From the NCBI GenBank assembly GCA_964412685.1, contig CAYPPS010000004.1, positions 1 through 38,650 on the forward strand: a stretch of DNA of 38,650 bases. The letters run 5' to 3'. Each line of letters starts with the position of its first letter. Position 1 is the first letter of the stretch. Source of the DNA: an uncultured Gammaproteobacteria bacterium. GTDB taxonomy: Bacteria > Patescibacteriota > Microgenomatia > PFEM01 > CAYPPS01. The notes beneath the pieces were generated by a model that searched no databases, had not been told where the DNA came from, and was given only the letters and a program-made list of their open reading frames with translations. Made by a program: the position numbers and the translations under genes. Positions 26,814-36,831 of the stretch are shown in pieces.

Positions 26814-29800
26814 ATGGCGAATTTTGTTCACCTCCATGTTCATAGTGAATATTCTCTTCTCGATGGTTTGCCCAAAATTAAAAACTTAGTGGGTACTGCC
26901 AAAGAAATGGGAATGAAAGCCTTGGCTTTAACTGACCATGGGGTCATGTATGGAGCAATTGAGTTCTACAAGGAATGCTTGAAACAAGAAGTAAAACCGA
27001 TTGTGGGCATTGAGACTTACATCGTCAACCAAGATCACCAAATAAAAGATGCCAGCAACAAAGAGAATTTACATTTGGTTTTATTAGCCAAGAATAATGA
27101 AGGTTATAAAAACTTGATGCGTTTGGCGACCATAGCGGCGCTTGAAGGTTATTATTATCGACCTCGAATCGATAAAGAAATTTTAAAAAAGTATTCAAAA
27201 GGGCTAATTGCTCTTACTGCTTGTCCCAAAGGAGAAATTGGCCAATTGTTGATTGAAGGCCATTATCAAAAAGCAAAAAAAGCGGTTAATTGGTATTCAG
27301 AAGTTTTCGGAGAAGGCAACTTTTATTTGGAAATACAACGTCATCAATATAAGGATTTCATTAAACAGGCTAAAGATCGACAGATTATCGATGAACTCAA
27401 AAAGAGTGCCGGTTGGGAAAAAATTTGGGTAGATAAGACAATCGAGTTAAGTCGAGAGCTGGGAATCCCTTTGGTGGCTACTAACGATGTTCATTATGTT
27501 AACCAAAAAGACGCTTTTGCTCAGGATGTTTTAGTTTGTATTTCTACTGGCAAACAAGTCGAAGATCTTAATCGTTTACGTTATGTCGACAACCCCACTT
27601 TTCATCTTCGATCAGAAAAAGAAATGAGAGAAATATTTGCTGACGTTCCGGACGCGGTTGACAACACGGCTAAAGTAGCTAAACAAATTGATTTGAAAAT
27701 AAGTTTGGGCAGTTGGCGTTTTCCGAAGATAGACTTGCCTGAAGGAGAAACTGCTGGAGAGCAGTTAGAAAAACTTACTTGGGAGAGAGTGGGAGAAGTG
27801 TATCAAAAGATTGATAAAACGCTTAAGGAAAGAATTAACTTTGAATTAGATGTGATTATTAAAAAGGGTTACCCCGCTTACTTTTTAATGATGGCTGACA
27901 TGGTTAACTGGTGCACCAATCAAGGAATTATTACCACTACCAGAGGATCAGCGGCCGGTTCAGTTGTTTCTTATATTTTAGGAATTACTTCGATTGATCC
28001 GATTCATTACAGTTTGCCTTTTGAAAGATTTCTCAATCCTTTTCGGCCCAAACCGCCTGATATTGACTTGGATATTGCAGACAATCGAAGAGAAGAACTG
28101 ATTGTTTACACAACCAAAAAGTATGGCAAAGACAAGGTGGCTCAAATTTGTACTTTCGGTCGAATGTTGGCTCGAGGGGCGGCCAGAGATGTTGGTCGAG
28201 CCCTGGGCCATCCTTATGCTTTTCCTGACCAAATTGCCAAATTGATTCCTTTGGGCGCTCAGGGTTTCCCGATGACGATAGAGAAAGCTTTAGAGGTAGC
28301 TCCAGAATTGAAGTCCTTGTATGACAGCGACGAGAAAGCGAAGCAAGTTTTGGATGTCGCTCAAGAAATAGAAGGAAATGCTCGACACGCCTCTGTTCAT
28401 GCCGCGGGAATCGTCATTTCTCCGACAGAGATGACTAATTTTACTCCGCTTCAATTAGAGCCTAAGGGAGAAAAAATAATTACCCAATACGAAATGCACG
28501 CTTGTGAAGATATTGGTCTGGTTAAATTTGATTTTTTAGGATTGCGAAATTTATCTATTTTGGGAGCGGCTTTAAAAATTATTAAAGGTGCTCATGGAGT
28601 GGAGATTGATCTCAAAAAGATTCCTTTGGATGACAAAAAAACCTTCAAGATGCTGACTCGAGGTGAAACAATGGGGGTTTTTCAATTGAGTGGTTCAGGA
28701 ATGACTAAATGGCTTAAGGAATTAAAACCAAACCGAATCGACGACATCATGCAAATGATTGCTCTTTTCCGACCGGGACCAATGGCCAACATTCCTGAGT
28801 TTATTGCCCGAAAATCGGGAAAAAGAAAAGTTAGATACATTCATCCGAAAATGGAGGCATATTTAGAAAAATCTTACGGCATTTTGGTTTATCAGGAAGA
28901 TGTTATGTTCACTGCAATAGAATTGGCAGGCTATGACTGGAAAACAGTAGACAAACTACGAACCGCAATCGGGAAGAAAATTCCTGAAGAAATGGCCAGA
29001 CAACATAAAATCTTTGTCAAGGGTTGTCAAAAATATTCTAATCTCTCTGAAAAGGAAGCCGAAAAAATTTGGGAATTGTTTGTTCCTTTTCAAAGTTATG
29101 GTTTTAACAAGGCTCACGCGGCAGCTTATGGAATGGTTTCTTACCAAACGGCTTATCTTAAAGCTCATTGGCCAGTTGAGTACATGACGGCTTTGTTAAC
29201 TGCCGAATCGGGCAATACAGACAAGATCACCGAAGCGATTGCCGAATGTAAGCGGATGGGGATCAAGATTCTCCCTCCGGATATTAATGTTTCCAAGTTA
29301 GGCTTTCGAGTTGAAAAAGAAGCCGACTCTCTTCAGAACAAAGGTATTCGGTTTGGATTAGACGCGATTAAAAATGTTGGCAGTGCCGCCATTAGTTCGA
29401 TTCTGGCCGTTAGGGACGAAAGTGGTTCTTTTGAATCTTTGACCGATTTTTGCACTCGAGTTGATGGGCAGAAGGTCAACAAAAAAGTTTTAGAGAGTTT
29501 AATTAAAGTTGGAGCGATGGACCATTTTGGCAAAAGATCAGCTCTACTCCAAGGTTTGGATGCGATTCGAAGTAAGTGTCTAGAGCAATTGAAACGAATG
29601 GTGTCAGGGCAAGAACAACTTTTTGATCTGGGAAATGTTGGTGATGGTTACAAGATGGAGGATGATTTGCCGTCAGTAGAAGAACTTGATAAAAAAGAAC
29701 GATTAAGTTTAGAAAAAGAGCTTTTGGGGTTTTTCCTTAGTGATCATCCTTTGAATTCGATTAAAAATCTTTTATCAGCCTTTCAGGTTGATCAAACAGT

Positions 29801-30305
29801 TGAAATAACCAAAGAAAGACAAGGAGAGATAATGAAAGTTGGGGGAATCATTATGGATATGCGCAATGTTTTTACCAAAAAGAACAATCAAGAAATGGCT
29901 TTTGTTCGAATTGAGGACACCAGTGGTTCATTGGAAGTGGTTGTTTTTCCTCAAATATTTGCTAGCAGTAAAGACTTGTGGGTTAAAGATAAACCAGTGA
30001 TGATTAAAGGAAAGGTTAGTTATCGAGAAGAGGAAGTTAGTTTGGTTGCCGAAGAAGTCTTTGATCCTGAAGATCAAGAAATGGTTCAGAAAATCAAAGA
30101 AGGTCAAGAAATAGAAATTAAGATTCCCGCCAATACGCCCTCAGTCAAACTAATGGCGATCAACAAATTATTACGAGAGAGTTTGGGAAAACAAAAAATA
30201 GTTTTGGTTTTCATTAACGGTGAAAGCAATAAAAAGATGCCTTTGCCTTACAAGATTAACTATGACAGAGTTTTAGAGCAAAAAATAAAAGAGATTATCG
30301 AATAA
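26814..30305 (+). CDS. dnaE: DNA polymerase III alpha subunit
   Basis: PHP domain (FVHLHVHSEYSLLDG), palm/fingers segments (DIDLDI, GLVKFDFLGLRNL) and an OB fold. 1163 aa. Confidence 0.95.
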   Translation: MANFVHLHVHSEYSLLDGLPKIKNLVGTAKEMGMKALALTDHGVMYGAIEFYKECLKQEVKPIVGIETYIVNQDHQIKDASNKENLHLVLLAKNNEGYKNLMRLATIAALEGYYYRPRIDKEILKKYSKGLIALTACPKGEIGQLLIEGHYQKAKKAVNWYSEVFGEGNFYLEIQRHQYKDFIKQAKDRQIIDELKKSAGWEKIWVDKTIELSRELGIPLVATNDVHYVNQKDAFAQDVLVCISTGKQVEDLNRLRYVDNPTFHLRSEKEMREIFADVPDAVDNTAKVAKQIDLKISLGSWRFPKIDLPEGETAGEQLEKLTWERVGEVYQKIDKTLKERINFELDVIIKKGYPAYFLMMADMVNWCTNQGIITTTRGSAAGSVVSYILGITSIDPIHYSLPFERFLNPFRPKPPDIDLDIADNRREELIVYTTKKYGKDKVAQICTFGRMLARGAARDVGRALGHPYAFPDQIAKLIPLGAQGFPMTIEKALEVAPELKSLYDSDEKAKQVLDVAQEIEGNARHASVHAAGIVISPTEMTNFTPLQLEPKGEKIITQYEMHACEDIGLVKFDFLGLRNLSILGAALKIIKGAHGVEIDLKKIPLDDKKTFKMLTRGETMGVFQLSGSGMTKWLKELKPNRIDDIMQMIALFRPGPMANIPEFIARKSGKRKVRYIHPKMEAYLEKSYGILVYQEDVMFTAIELAGYDWKTVDKLRTAIGKKIPEEMARQHKIFVKGCQKYSNLSEKEAEKIWELFVPFQSYGFNKAHAAAYGMVSYQTAYLKAHWPVEYMTALLTAESGNTDKITEAIAECKRMGIKILPPDINVSKLGFRVEKEADSLQNKGIRFGLDAIKNVGSAAISSILAVRDESGSFESLTDFCTRVDGQKVNKKVLESLIKVGAMDHFGKRSALLQGLDAIRSKCLEQLKRMVSGQEQLFDLGNVGDGYKMEDDLPSVEELDKKERLSLEKELLGFFLSDHPLNSIKNLLSAFQVDQTVEITKERQGEIMKVGGIIMDMRNVFTKKNNQEMAFVRIEDTSGSLEVVVFPQIFASSKDLWVKDKPVMIKGKVSYREEEVSLVAEEVFDPEDQEMVQKIKEGQEIEIKIPANTPSVKLMAINKLLRESLGKQKIVLVFINGESNKKMPLPYKINYDRVLEQKIKEIIE

Positions 30306-30391
30306 GAATGAAGAGAGACTCATTCACTCTAAGCTTCTCCTCCAGTTACACCTATCTTTTTTTCCCTGTTTACTTGTGTTAAAATCCGTTC

Positions 30392-30730
30392 ATGGCTAAT
30401 CAGGCAAAGCACAAAGAAACCAGTTTTAATGTTGGCGACTTGATTCGAGTTCACCAAAAAGTCAAAGAAGCAAATAAATTTAGAATCCAAATTTTTGAGG
30501 GGGTCGTTTTGGGGATTAAAGGCCGAGAGGAAAACAAAACGATCACTGTTCGCAAAATTGGAGCCAACAAAATTGGCGTGGAAAAAATTTGGCCATTGGT
30601 CTCTCCTTGGTTGGAAAAAATCGAAGTAATTAAGAAGGGAAAGGTTAGACGGGCCAAACTTGGCTATTTACGTCAGGGAATAAATCAGTTAAAATTTAAA
30701 ACATTGGAAAAGAAAGCCAAGAAAAAATGA
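30392..30730 (+). CDS. rplS: 50S ribosomal protein L19
   Basis: [15 protein letters not shown]...[14 protein letters not shown]...ITVRKI...[11 protein letters not shown]. An extended -10, TGTTAAAAT, lies upstream near 30376-30384. Confidence 0.9.
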   Translation: MANQAKHKETSFNVGDLIRVHQKVKEANKFRIQIFEGVVLGIKGREENKTITVRKIGANKIGVEKIWPLVSPWLEKIEVIKKGKVRRAKLGYLRQGINQLKFKTLEKKAKKK

Positions 30731-31374
30731 ATGCGACATTAAACAAATTAGACAAAACGTTAAAACTCAAGAATAAAAAGAAATTTGTTCTCGGTAAATT
30801 AAATAAAAAGGTTTATTACTTTTTGGTCGTTATTATTGTCGTTAGTTTGCTTTATTTGGGCAAAAGTCTTTTTGTGGTTGCTTTGGTTAACAATCAACCC
30901 ATTAGCCGTTTGAGTCTGATTAAAGAAATGGAAAAGACTGGCGGAGATCAACTTTTACAACAAAAAATTGATGAGGTTCTTATTCTCCAAGAGGGCAAAA
31001 AACAACAAGTGGTTATCGGTGATGCAGAAGTTGAGGCTAAAATTAAAGAAATTGAGGAAAGTTTAAGTCAACAAGGGCAAAATTTGACCGATATATTAAA
31101 ACTTCAGGGGATTAATCAAGAAGAATTGGTTAAACAAATTAGAACTCAGTTAACGATCGAAAAGCTCCTTTCTGACCGAGTAACAGTTACTTCAGTCGAA
31201 ATCGAAGAAAGCTTCGAGCAAAATCGTGATTTTTACCCAGAAGAAGCCACTTTCGAAGAGGTCAAAGGGGAAGTGGAAGCAAATATGATTCAACAGAAAC
31301 TAGCCCAAGAATACCAAACTTGGCTTGAAGAATTAAGAGCCCAAGCCAAGATTCGCTACTTTGTCAATTACTAG
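30727..31374 (+). CDS. SurA N-terminal-domain chaperone-like protein (no PPIase domain seen)
   Basis: TM anchor followed by a helical domain with [15 protein letters not shown] and [14 protein letters not shown]. Confidence 0.55.
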   Translation: MNATLNKLDKTLKLKNKKKFVLGKLNKKVYYFLVVIIVVSLLYLGKSLFVVALVNNQPISRLSLIKEMEKTGGDQLLQQKIDEVLILQEGKKQQVVIGDAEVEAKIKEIEESLSQQGQNLTDILKLQGINQEELVKQIRTQLTIEKLLSDRVTVTSVEIEESFEQNRDFYPEEATFEEVKGEVEANMIQQKLAQEYQTWLEELRAQAKIRYFVNY

Positions 31375-31990
31375 ACTTCAGATAGAAACATTTTCAGTCG
31401 GACAATTAAAAGCTAATTGTTATCTTGTTTTTGATCCTGAAACAAAAGAAGCTTTATTGATTGATCCAGGCGAAGCTCCTGAATTTTTAGCTCAAAAGAT
31501 CATCGAAGAAAAATTGAAATTAAAGTATTTGATTGCTACTCATGGGCATTTCGATCACGTTCTTGCCGTGGGAGTCTTGAAGGCGATTTTCAAGACATCT
31601 TTTTTAATGAACAAAAAAGACCAAAAGCTTTTAAACAAGATGAATGATTCAGCTTCTTATTGGTTGGGAATAAAAAGTCGTTATCCGGTTGCTGAAGTGA
31701 ATCAGAACCTGGAAGAAGGTCAAATTTTAAAGCTTGGAAAAAAGAGTTTGAAAGTGATTGAAACTCCGGGACACACTCCGGGAGGAATTTGTTTGCTTGG
31801 TCAAAAGATTCTTTTTTCCGGTGACACTCTCTTTCTATCGGGAATTGGACGGACAGATTATTCTTATTCCGACAAAGATCAAATGAAAAAATCTCTGCAA
31901 AAATTGCTCAAGTTACCAGCGGCAACCATTGTCTATCCAGGCCATGGTTCGATTACTAGTATTAAAAATGAAAAAATGAGGTTAAAATAA
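31361..31990 (+). CDS. MBL-fold metallo-hydrolase
   Basis: ANCYLVFD, ATHGHFDHV, TPGHTPGG, GDTLF. Putative TTG start. Confidence 0.85.
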   Translation: MSITRLQIETFSVGQLKANCYLVFDPETKEALLIDPGEAPEFLAQKIIEEKLKLKYLIATHGHFDHVLAVGVLKAIFKTSFLMNKKDQKLLNKMNDSASYWLGIKSRYPVAEVNQNLEEGQILKLGKKSLKVIETPGHTPGGICLLGQKILFSGDTLFLSGIGRTDYSYSDKDQMKKSLQKLLKLPAATIVYPGHGSITSIKNEKMRLK

Positions 31991-31998
31991 TACCGTTT

Positions 31999-33171
31999 AT
32001 GCTGGGAAAACTTTTTACTATTTCTACTATTTTTGCCGTTTTGTTTATTTTTCTTAGTCTTTTTAGTTTTTTTGCTTCTCCTTTATTTGCCCAAGAAGAA
32101 AGCGAGGCTTTTTTCTTTTGGGGGCGAAGTTGTCCTCATTGTGTCGACGAAGAGGTTTTTTTGGAAGAATTAAAAGACAAGTATCCCTCTTTAAGGATAA
32201 AAAGCTTTGAAGTTTACAACGATAAAGAAAATCGATCCATTTTTGAAAAAGTAGCTCAAGGTTATGGAGTTGATTCTGGTTCTGTTCCGGCCTTTTTTAT
32301 CGGTGATGATCATTTGATTGGCTTTTCGAGCCCTGATACAACGGGGAAAAAGATTGAAACTCTGATTAAAAAGTATCAAGCGATTGCTTGTCCTTCTCCG
32401 GGTCGATTTTTGGAAGAAGGAGAGGAGGCAGTTGATTGCACCCCTGAAGAAACAAAAGAGAGTTGGTTTTCTTTTTTAGGAGTTGAGGGAAAAATTTCTC
32501 ATTCTGTTTCCTTGCCCGTTCTAGGAGTGGTTTTGGGATTGGCCGACGGGATTAATCCGTGCATGTTTTCGGTTTTGCTCTTTTTAATTACTTATTTGTT
32601 GGCGATTGGTTCTCGAAAGAGGATGTTCAAAGTCGGCTTTACTTTTATTGCTGGTGTTTTTGTAGTTTACGTTTTTTTAATGCTCGGATTGCTCAACCTA
32701 ATTTCTTTATTGGGCTGGTTGAGTAAGATAAGACTTTTAGTCGCTCTTGTCGCTCTTTTCTTTGGATTGGTGATGGTCAAAGATTTCTTTTTCTATGGTC
32801 GCTGGTTCTCTTTAGAGATACCAAAAAAGACAAAACCTCAATTAGAGAATTTAATCAAACGAGGAACGATCGTTTCTGCTCTCGTCTTAGCTCTATTTTC
32901 TTCCCTCGTTGAATTGCCTTGCACTTCTGGCTTGCCTTTAGTGTATGTTACTATTCTCGCCGAACGAGGTTTAGTGGCCTGGCCTTATATTCTTTGGTAC
33001 AACCTCTTTTTTATTTTACCTTTGGTTTTTATTGTTGTTTCTGTTGGCTTGGCCTATCAAAAGATTGACCAATTAGAGAAATGGCGAAAAAGATTCAGAA
33101 AAGTAATGCGGCTTGTTTCCGGTTTGCTCTTGCTCTTTTTAAGTGCCGGATTATTCTTAGGCTGGTTTTAA
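31999..33171 (+). CDS. Thioredoxin-like (CPHC) domain fused to a CcdA/DsbD-type thiol-disulfide transporter
   Basis: Signal/TM, FFWGRSCPHCVDEE, then a polytopic domain with DGINPC and LPCTSG. Confidence 0.7.
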   Translation: MLGKLFTISTIFAVLFIFLSLFSFFASPLFAQEESEAFFFWGRSCPHCVDEEVFLEELKDKYPSLRIKSFEVYNDKENRSIFEKVAQGYGVDSGSVPAFFIGDDHLIGFSSPDTTGKKIETLIKKYQAIACPSPGRFLEEGEEAVDCTPEETKESWFSFLGVEGKISHSVSLPVLGVVLGLADGINPCMFSVLLFLITYLLAIGSRKRMFKVGFTFIAGVFVVYVFLMLGLLNLISLLGWLSKIRLLVALVALFFGLVMVKDFFFYGRWFSLEIPKKTKPQLENLIKRGTIVSALVLALFSSLVELPCTSGLPLVYVTILAERGLVAWPYILWYNLFFILPLVFIVVSVGLAYQKIDQLEKWRKRFRKVMRLVSGLLLLFLSAGLFLGWF

Positions 33172-33181
33172 CATTTTAACA

Positions 33182-33895
33182 ATGGACATTTTAAAAAAAA
33201 TCCTTGGTGGTAACACACTCTATTACCCTGGCTGCTTAACTAAAACAGTTGGACGAGATTTGCAAAAAGATTGGGAAGAGATTCTAAAAATTAACGGGAT
33301 TGATTTCATTAAATTGGATAAATTAGAAGTTTGTTGTGGTTCGCCGGCACTAAGTGCAGGGGGGAAAGAAATTTTTAAAAAATTGGCTCTCAAAAACTTC
33401 AAAATTTTCAAGCAGCACGGGATAAATCGAATCGTGACCAATTGTCCCGCTTGTTTTTTTATCTTTAAAAAGGAATATTCGAAAGTTTTAAAAGAAAAAT
33501 GGGATATTGAGGTCAGGCACGCTTTAGAATTAATAAAAACCCCTTCAATTAGTAAGAAAAAAAACATCAAAGTTACTTATCATGATCCTTGTCATCTGGG
33601 TCGCAAAATGGGTCTTTTTGATAAACCAAGAGAGATCATCAAAGCGGTTGGTTACGAATTGATCGAAATGGATTTGACCAAAAAAGATTCTTATTGTTGT
33701 GGCGGCGGAGGCGGAGTCAAAAGTAATGAAACCAATTTGGCTAATCAAATTGCTCAAGCAAGAATTGATCAAGCTAAAAAAACTAGAGCAAAAATACTTA
33801 TCACCAGTTGTCCTTTGTGTTACTTCAATTTAAAAGAAAATAGTTTAGGCTTAGCCGTGAAAGAAATTAGCGAGGTTATCATTAATAATGATTAA
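33182..33895 (+). CDS. Cysteine-rich (CCG) domain Fe-S oxidoreductase, LutA/GlpC-like
   Basis: Two CCG motifs (LEVCCGSP, DSYCCGGGGG) and CP..C pairs. Confidence 0.75.
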   Translation: MDILKKILGGNTLYYPGCLTKTVGRDLQKDWEEILKINGIDFIKLDKLEVCCGSPALSAGGKEIFKKLALKNFKIFKQHGINRIVTNCPACFFIFKKEYSKVLKEKWDIEVRHALELIKTPSISKKKNIKVTYHDPCHLGRKMGLFDKPREIIKAVGYELIEMDLTKKDSYCCGGGGGVKSNETNLANQIAQARIDQAKKTRAKILITSCPLCYFNLKENSLGLAVKEISEVIINND

Positions 33896-35150
33896 TAAAT
33901 TTTTAAAACCAGAAGTGAAGAAAGCGCTTTTACGTTTTGCTCTTGAGTACGGTAAAAAGAGAGCTGGGACTCTAAAACAAAAAAATGAAGGTTACGAAAA
34001 AAAACAAACAGAACTCAAAGTCTTACGAGAGAAAATCTTTAAGGATCTCAAGGCTATTCAAAATCAAACAGTGAAAGCTTTGGAAAAGAATGGTATTCAG
34101 GTTCATCTCGCCCAAGATGCGAGTGAAGCAAGAAAGATCTTTAATCGGATTGTTGGCAAAAAAACAAGACTAGCTCAAGCCAAAACGAGCGCTCTGGCAG
34201 AGATAACAAACAAAGATTTCTTGAAAGGCAAAAATTTACTTAAAACCGATTTGGGTGACTTCCTGGCCAATTTAATTGATAATAATCAAGGAGCCCATCC
34301 AGTTTTACCAATAATTGAGTTCTCTAGCGAGAGAATCACCGAACTTCTTTATCAGAAATTCAAAAAGAGGGTTGAATCAACTCCGGAAGCCATTAGCCGG
34401 TTTGTTAAGGGAGAAATTAGACAGAGGCTACTAGAGATCCAGGTAGGGATCACCGGTGCCAATGCTGTTACTGCTCAAGGAGAAATTGTTTTGATTGAGA
34501 ATGAAGGCAATATTTCTCTTGTTTCCCGATTACCGGAAACTCACATTGTTATCGTTGGCATGGAAAAATTAGTTCCTTCACTAAAAGAAGCCAATCAATT
34601 GATCGAAGCAATGTGTCTTTGGGGAACTGGTCAAGACAAACCTGTTTACACTTCAATTATTACCGGCCCTTCTAAAACCGCAGATATAGAAAATAAATTA
34701 GTCGTTGGTGCTCAGGGACCAAAAGAAGTCCATTTAATTTTATTAGATAATGGTAGGAGTAAATTAATTAACCATGGTTTTTGTGAATTGCTTCATTGTC
34801 TGAATTGTGGTGCTTGTTTGAACTTTTGTCCGGTTTTTAATGCCATTGGTGGTCGTTATGGTGGAACTTATTTGGGTAGTCGGGGAGTAATTCAAACGGC
34901 TTTCGCTAATGATCCAGTAACGGCTCGAGAAGCTAATTGTTTTGCTTGTACTCTCTGTCAAGCTTGCCAAAGAAATTGCCCAGTAGGAATTGACTTACCC
35001 GGATTGATGAAGGAATTGCGACATTTTTTAAAAAAAGAAGGGGTTCAAACGAAAGAAAACCAAGAGATGTTGAAAAATTTAGAGAAATATGGCAATCCGT
35101 TTGGGAAAGTAGAAAAAGGTCATCTCCCGAAAAAGCTTTACTGTTGTTGA
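33888..35150 (+). CDS. LUD-domain iron-sulfur protein, LutB-like
   Basis: LUD-type segment (VGITGANAVTAQGEIVLIENEGN) and two 4Fe-4S motifs (CLNCGACLNFCP; CTLCQACQRNCP). Confidence 0.75.
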   Translation: MINKFLKPEVKKALLRFALEYGKKRAGTLKQKNEGYEKKQTELKVLREKIFKDLKAIQNQTVKALEKNGIQVHLAQDASEARKIFNRIVGKKTRLAQAKTSALAEITNKDFLKGKNLLKTDLGDFLANLIDNNQGAHPVLPIIEFSSERITELLYQKFKKRVESTPEAISRFVKGEIRQRLLEIQVGITGANAVTAQGEIVLIENEGNISLVSRLPETHIVIVGMEKLVPSLKEANQLIEAMCLWGTGQDKPVYTSIITGPSKTADIENKLVVGAQGPKEVHLILLDNGRSKLINHGFCELLHCLNCGACLNFCPVFNAIGGRYGGTYLGSRGVIQTAFANDPVTAREANCFACTLCQACQRNCPVGIDLPGLMKELRHFLKKEGVQTKENQEMLKNLEKYGNPFGKVEKGHLPKKLYCC

Positions 35151-35171
35151 GAAAACGAATAGATTGATTTC

Positions 35172-35806
35172 ATGGAACTTAAGGGTTTTGTTCAGCGGCT
35201 CGAGTTTCCCGTTTAAAATTTCCTATCAGCGGCAAACTAGCCGGTGTCAAAGTAAAAGAGGGCAATCAAATCAAAAAAGGCCAACTTTTAGCCTTCCTCG
35301 ATAAAACTCAACTCCAAGCTTATCTTGATCGGGCTTTAAAACAATACGAAAAAGAACGAGCTGATTTTGACGCCAAACAAAAAGAATCCCTGACTGAATT
35401 TGAGAAAAAGAAAATCCAGAATGAATTGGAGATAAGTGTTAAAAACGTTGAAATTGCCAAAGTTAATCTCGATGAAGCTGAGCTCCACGCCACTCTTAAT
35501 GGAATAGTGGCAAAGATTGATTTAGGGCTTGCTGGAGAGAACATTTCCCCCGCCAAATTTGTGATTACCTTGATTGATCCGCAAAGTTTCTTTTTTCAGG
35601 CTGAAATTGAAGAGGAAAAATTAACCACTGTTTCTGTCGACCGGGAAGTAGAAATAATCTTAAAAGCTTTCAAAGAAAAGGTTTTTAAAGGAAAGATTGT
35701 TCGTATTGGTATGATTCCATTAAGAAAAGGAGTTTATCCTTTGGAGATAAGCCTGGAAGACCAAGCGAACTTAAGAGTTGGCCTTTCTGGCAAGACACGA
35801 TTTTAG
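35172..35806 (+). pseudogene. N-terminally truncated HlyD-family periplasmic adaptor remnant
   Basis: The frame is open from 35183: FPISGKLAGVKVKEGNQIKKGQLLAFLD, a coiled-coil hairpin, then LHATLNGIVAKI. There is no TM anchor and no in-frame ATG; the first in-frame start candidate I found is the TTG at 35426. A 14-codon ATG ORF in another frame (35172-35216) carries a similar EFPV segment. Confidence 0.5.
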
Positions 35807-36762
35807 AGGATTTTCTGTTTTTTTTCCCAAGTGAACAATTCTCCTAAAGATTTTTCCGAATGCACTCTCTTGATTATTTTGGACAACAGGGGAGCCAGAG
35901 AAATAACTTTAAGTTTTTTATTTATTGTTTTGTTTTTTAGAGGAATCGTGTCTAATAGTAATATCTGATCAATCGGGGCTTTAGCCAGTTTCTCCTGGGC
36001 GTTATTGGAAAACAAAGCATGAGTTGCACAAACAATGATTTTCTTTGCCCCTCTTTGTTTAACTTTTTGAGTAGCGGCGACAGTTGACCCTCCTGTATCA
36101 ATCATGTCATCAAGAATAACGGCTGTTTTGCCCTTAACATCACCCACTAATTGCAGTATTTCTGCTTTGTGATGGCCAGTTCTCACTTTGTCAACAATGG
36201 CAATGGAAGTTCCTAGTAAGTCAGCCATCTTATTGACTCTCCTAGCTCCACCTACGTCTGGAGAAACGATCACCCAGTCTGATGCGTTTTTTGGTTTTAA
36301 GTATTTGGCGAATAACGGATAACCAACAAAATGGTCAACCGGAATGTCGTAAAAACCTTGGATTTGTTCAGCGTGAAGATCGACCGTTATTAATCGATCG
36401 GCTCCGGCTTTGACAATTAAATTCGCGATCAATTTCGCGCTGATTGGTTCTCGAGAAGTGACTTTCCTATCTTGACGCGAATAGCAAAGATAAGGACAAA
36501 TTAAATTGATTCGACCAACTGAGGATCTTTTCAGAGCGTCGATCATGATAAGAAGCTCCATTAAATTCTCATTAACCGGGTTCGATAATGTTTGAATGAT
36601 AAAAACATCATCACCTCTAACATTTTTCTCGATTTTCAAATAAATCTCCCCATCGGCAAATTTTTTTAGAATGATGGGGGTAAGATTTATTTTTAATCGT
36701 GAGGCAATTTTCTTAGCCAATAGAGGGTGAGAACTACCCGTCAAAAGTTGTATTTTATTCAT
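35803..36762 (-). CDS. prs: Ribose-phosphate pyrophosphokinase
   Basis: MNKIQLLTGSSHPLLAKKIA, FADGEI, SRQDRK, DLHAEQIQGF, VILDDMIDTGGS. Start taken as the ATG at 36760-36762. Confidence 0.95.
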   Translation of the reverse strand: MNKIQLLTGSSHPLLAKKIASRLKINLTPIILKKFADGEIYLKIEKNVRGDDVFIIQTLSNPVNENLMELLIMIDALKRSSVGRINLICPYLCYSRQDRKVTSREPISAKLIANLIVKAGADRLITVDLHAEQIQGFYDIPVDHFVGYPLFAKYLKPKNASDWVIVSPDVGGARRVNKMADLLGTSIAIVDKVRTGHHKAEILQLVGDVKGKTAVILDDMIDTGGSTVAATQKVKQRGAKKIIVCATHALFSNNAQEKLAKAPIDQILLLDTIPLKNKTINKKLKVISLAPLLSKIIKRVHSEKSLGELFTWEKKQKIL

Positions 36763-36831
36763 CTTTGTCACCAGTATAAAACCCAAAAGATCGATTAGAC
36801 AAGGGTCAAAAATCTTAGACTCACTCCATGT

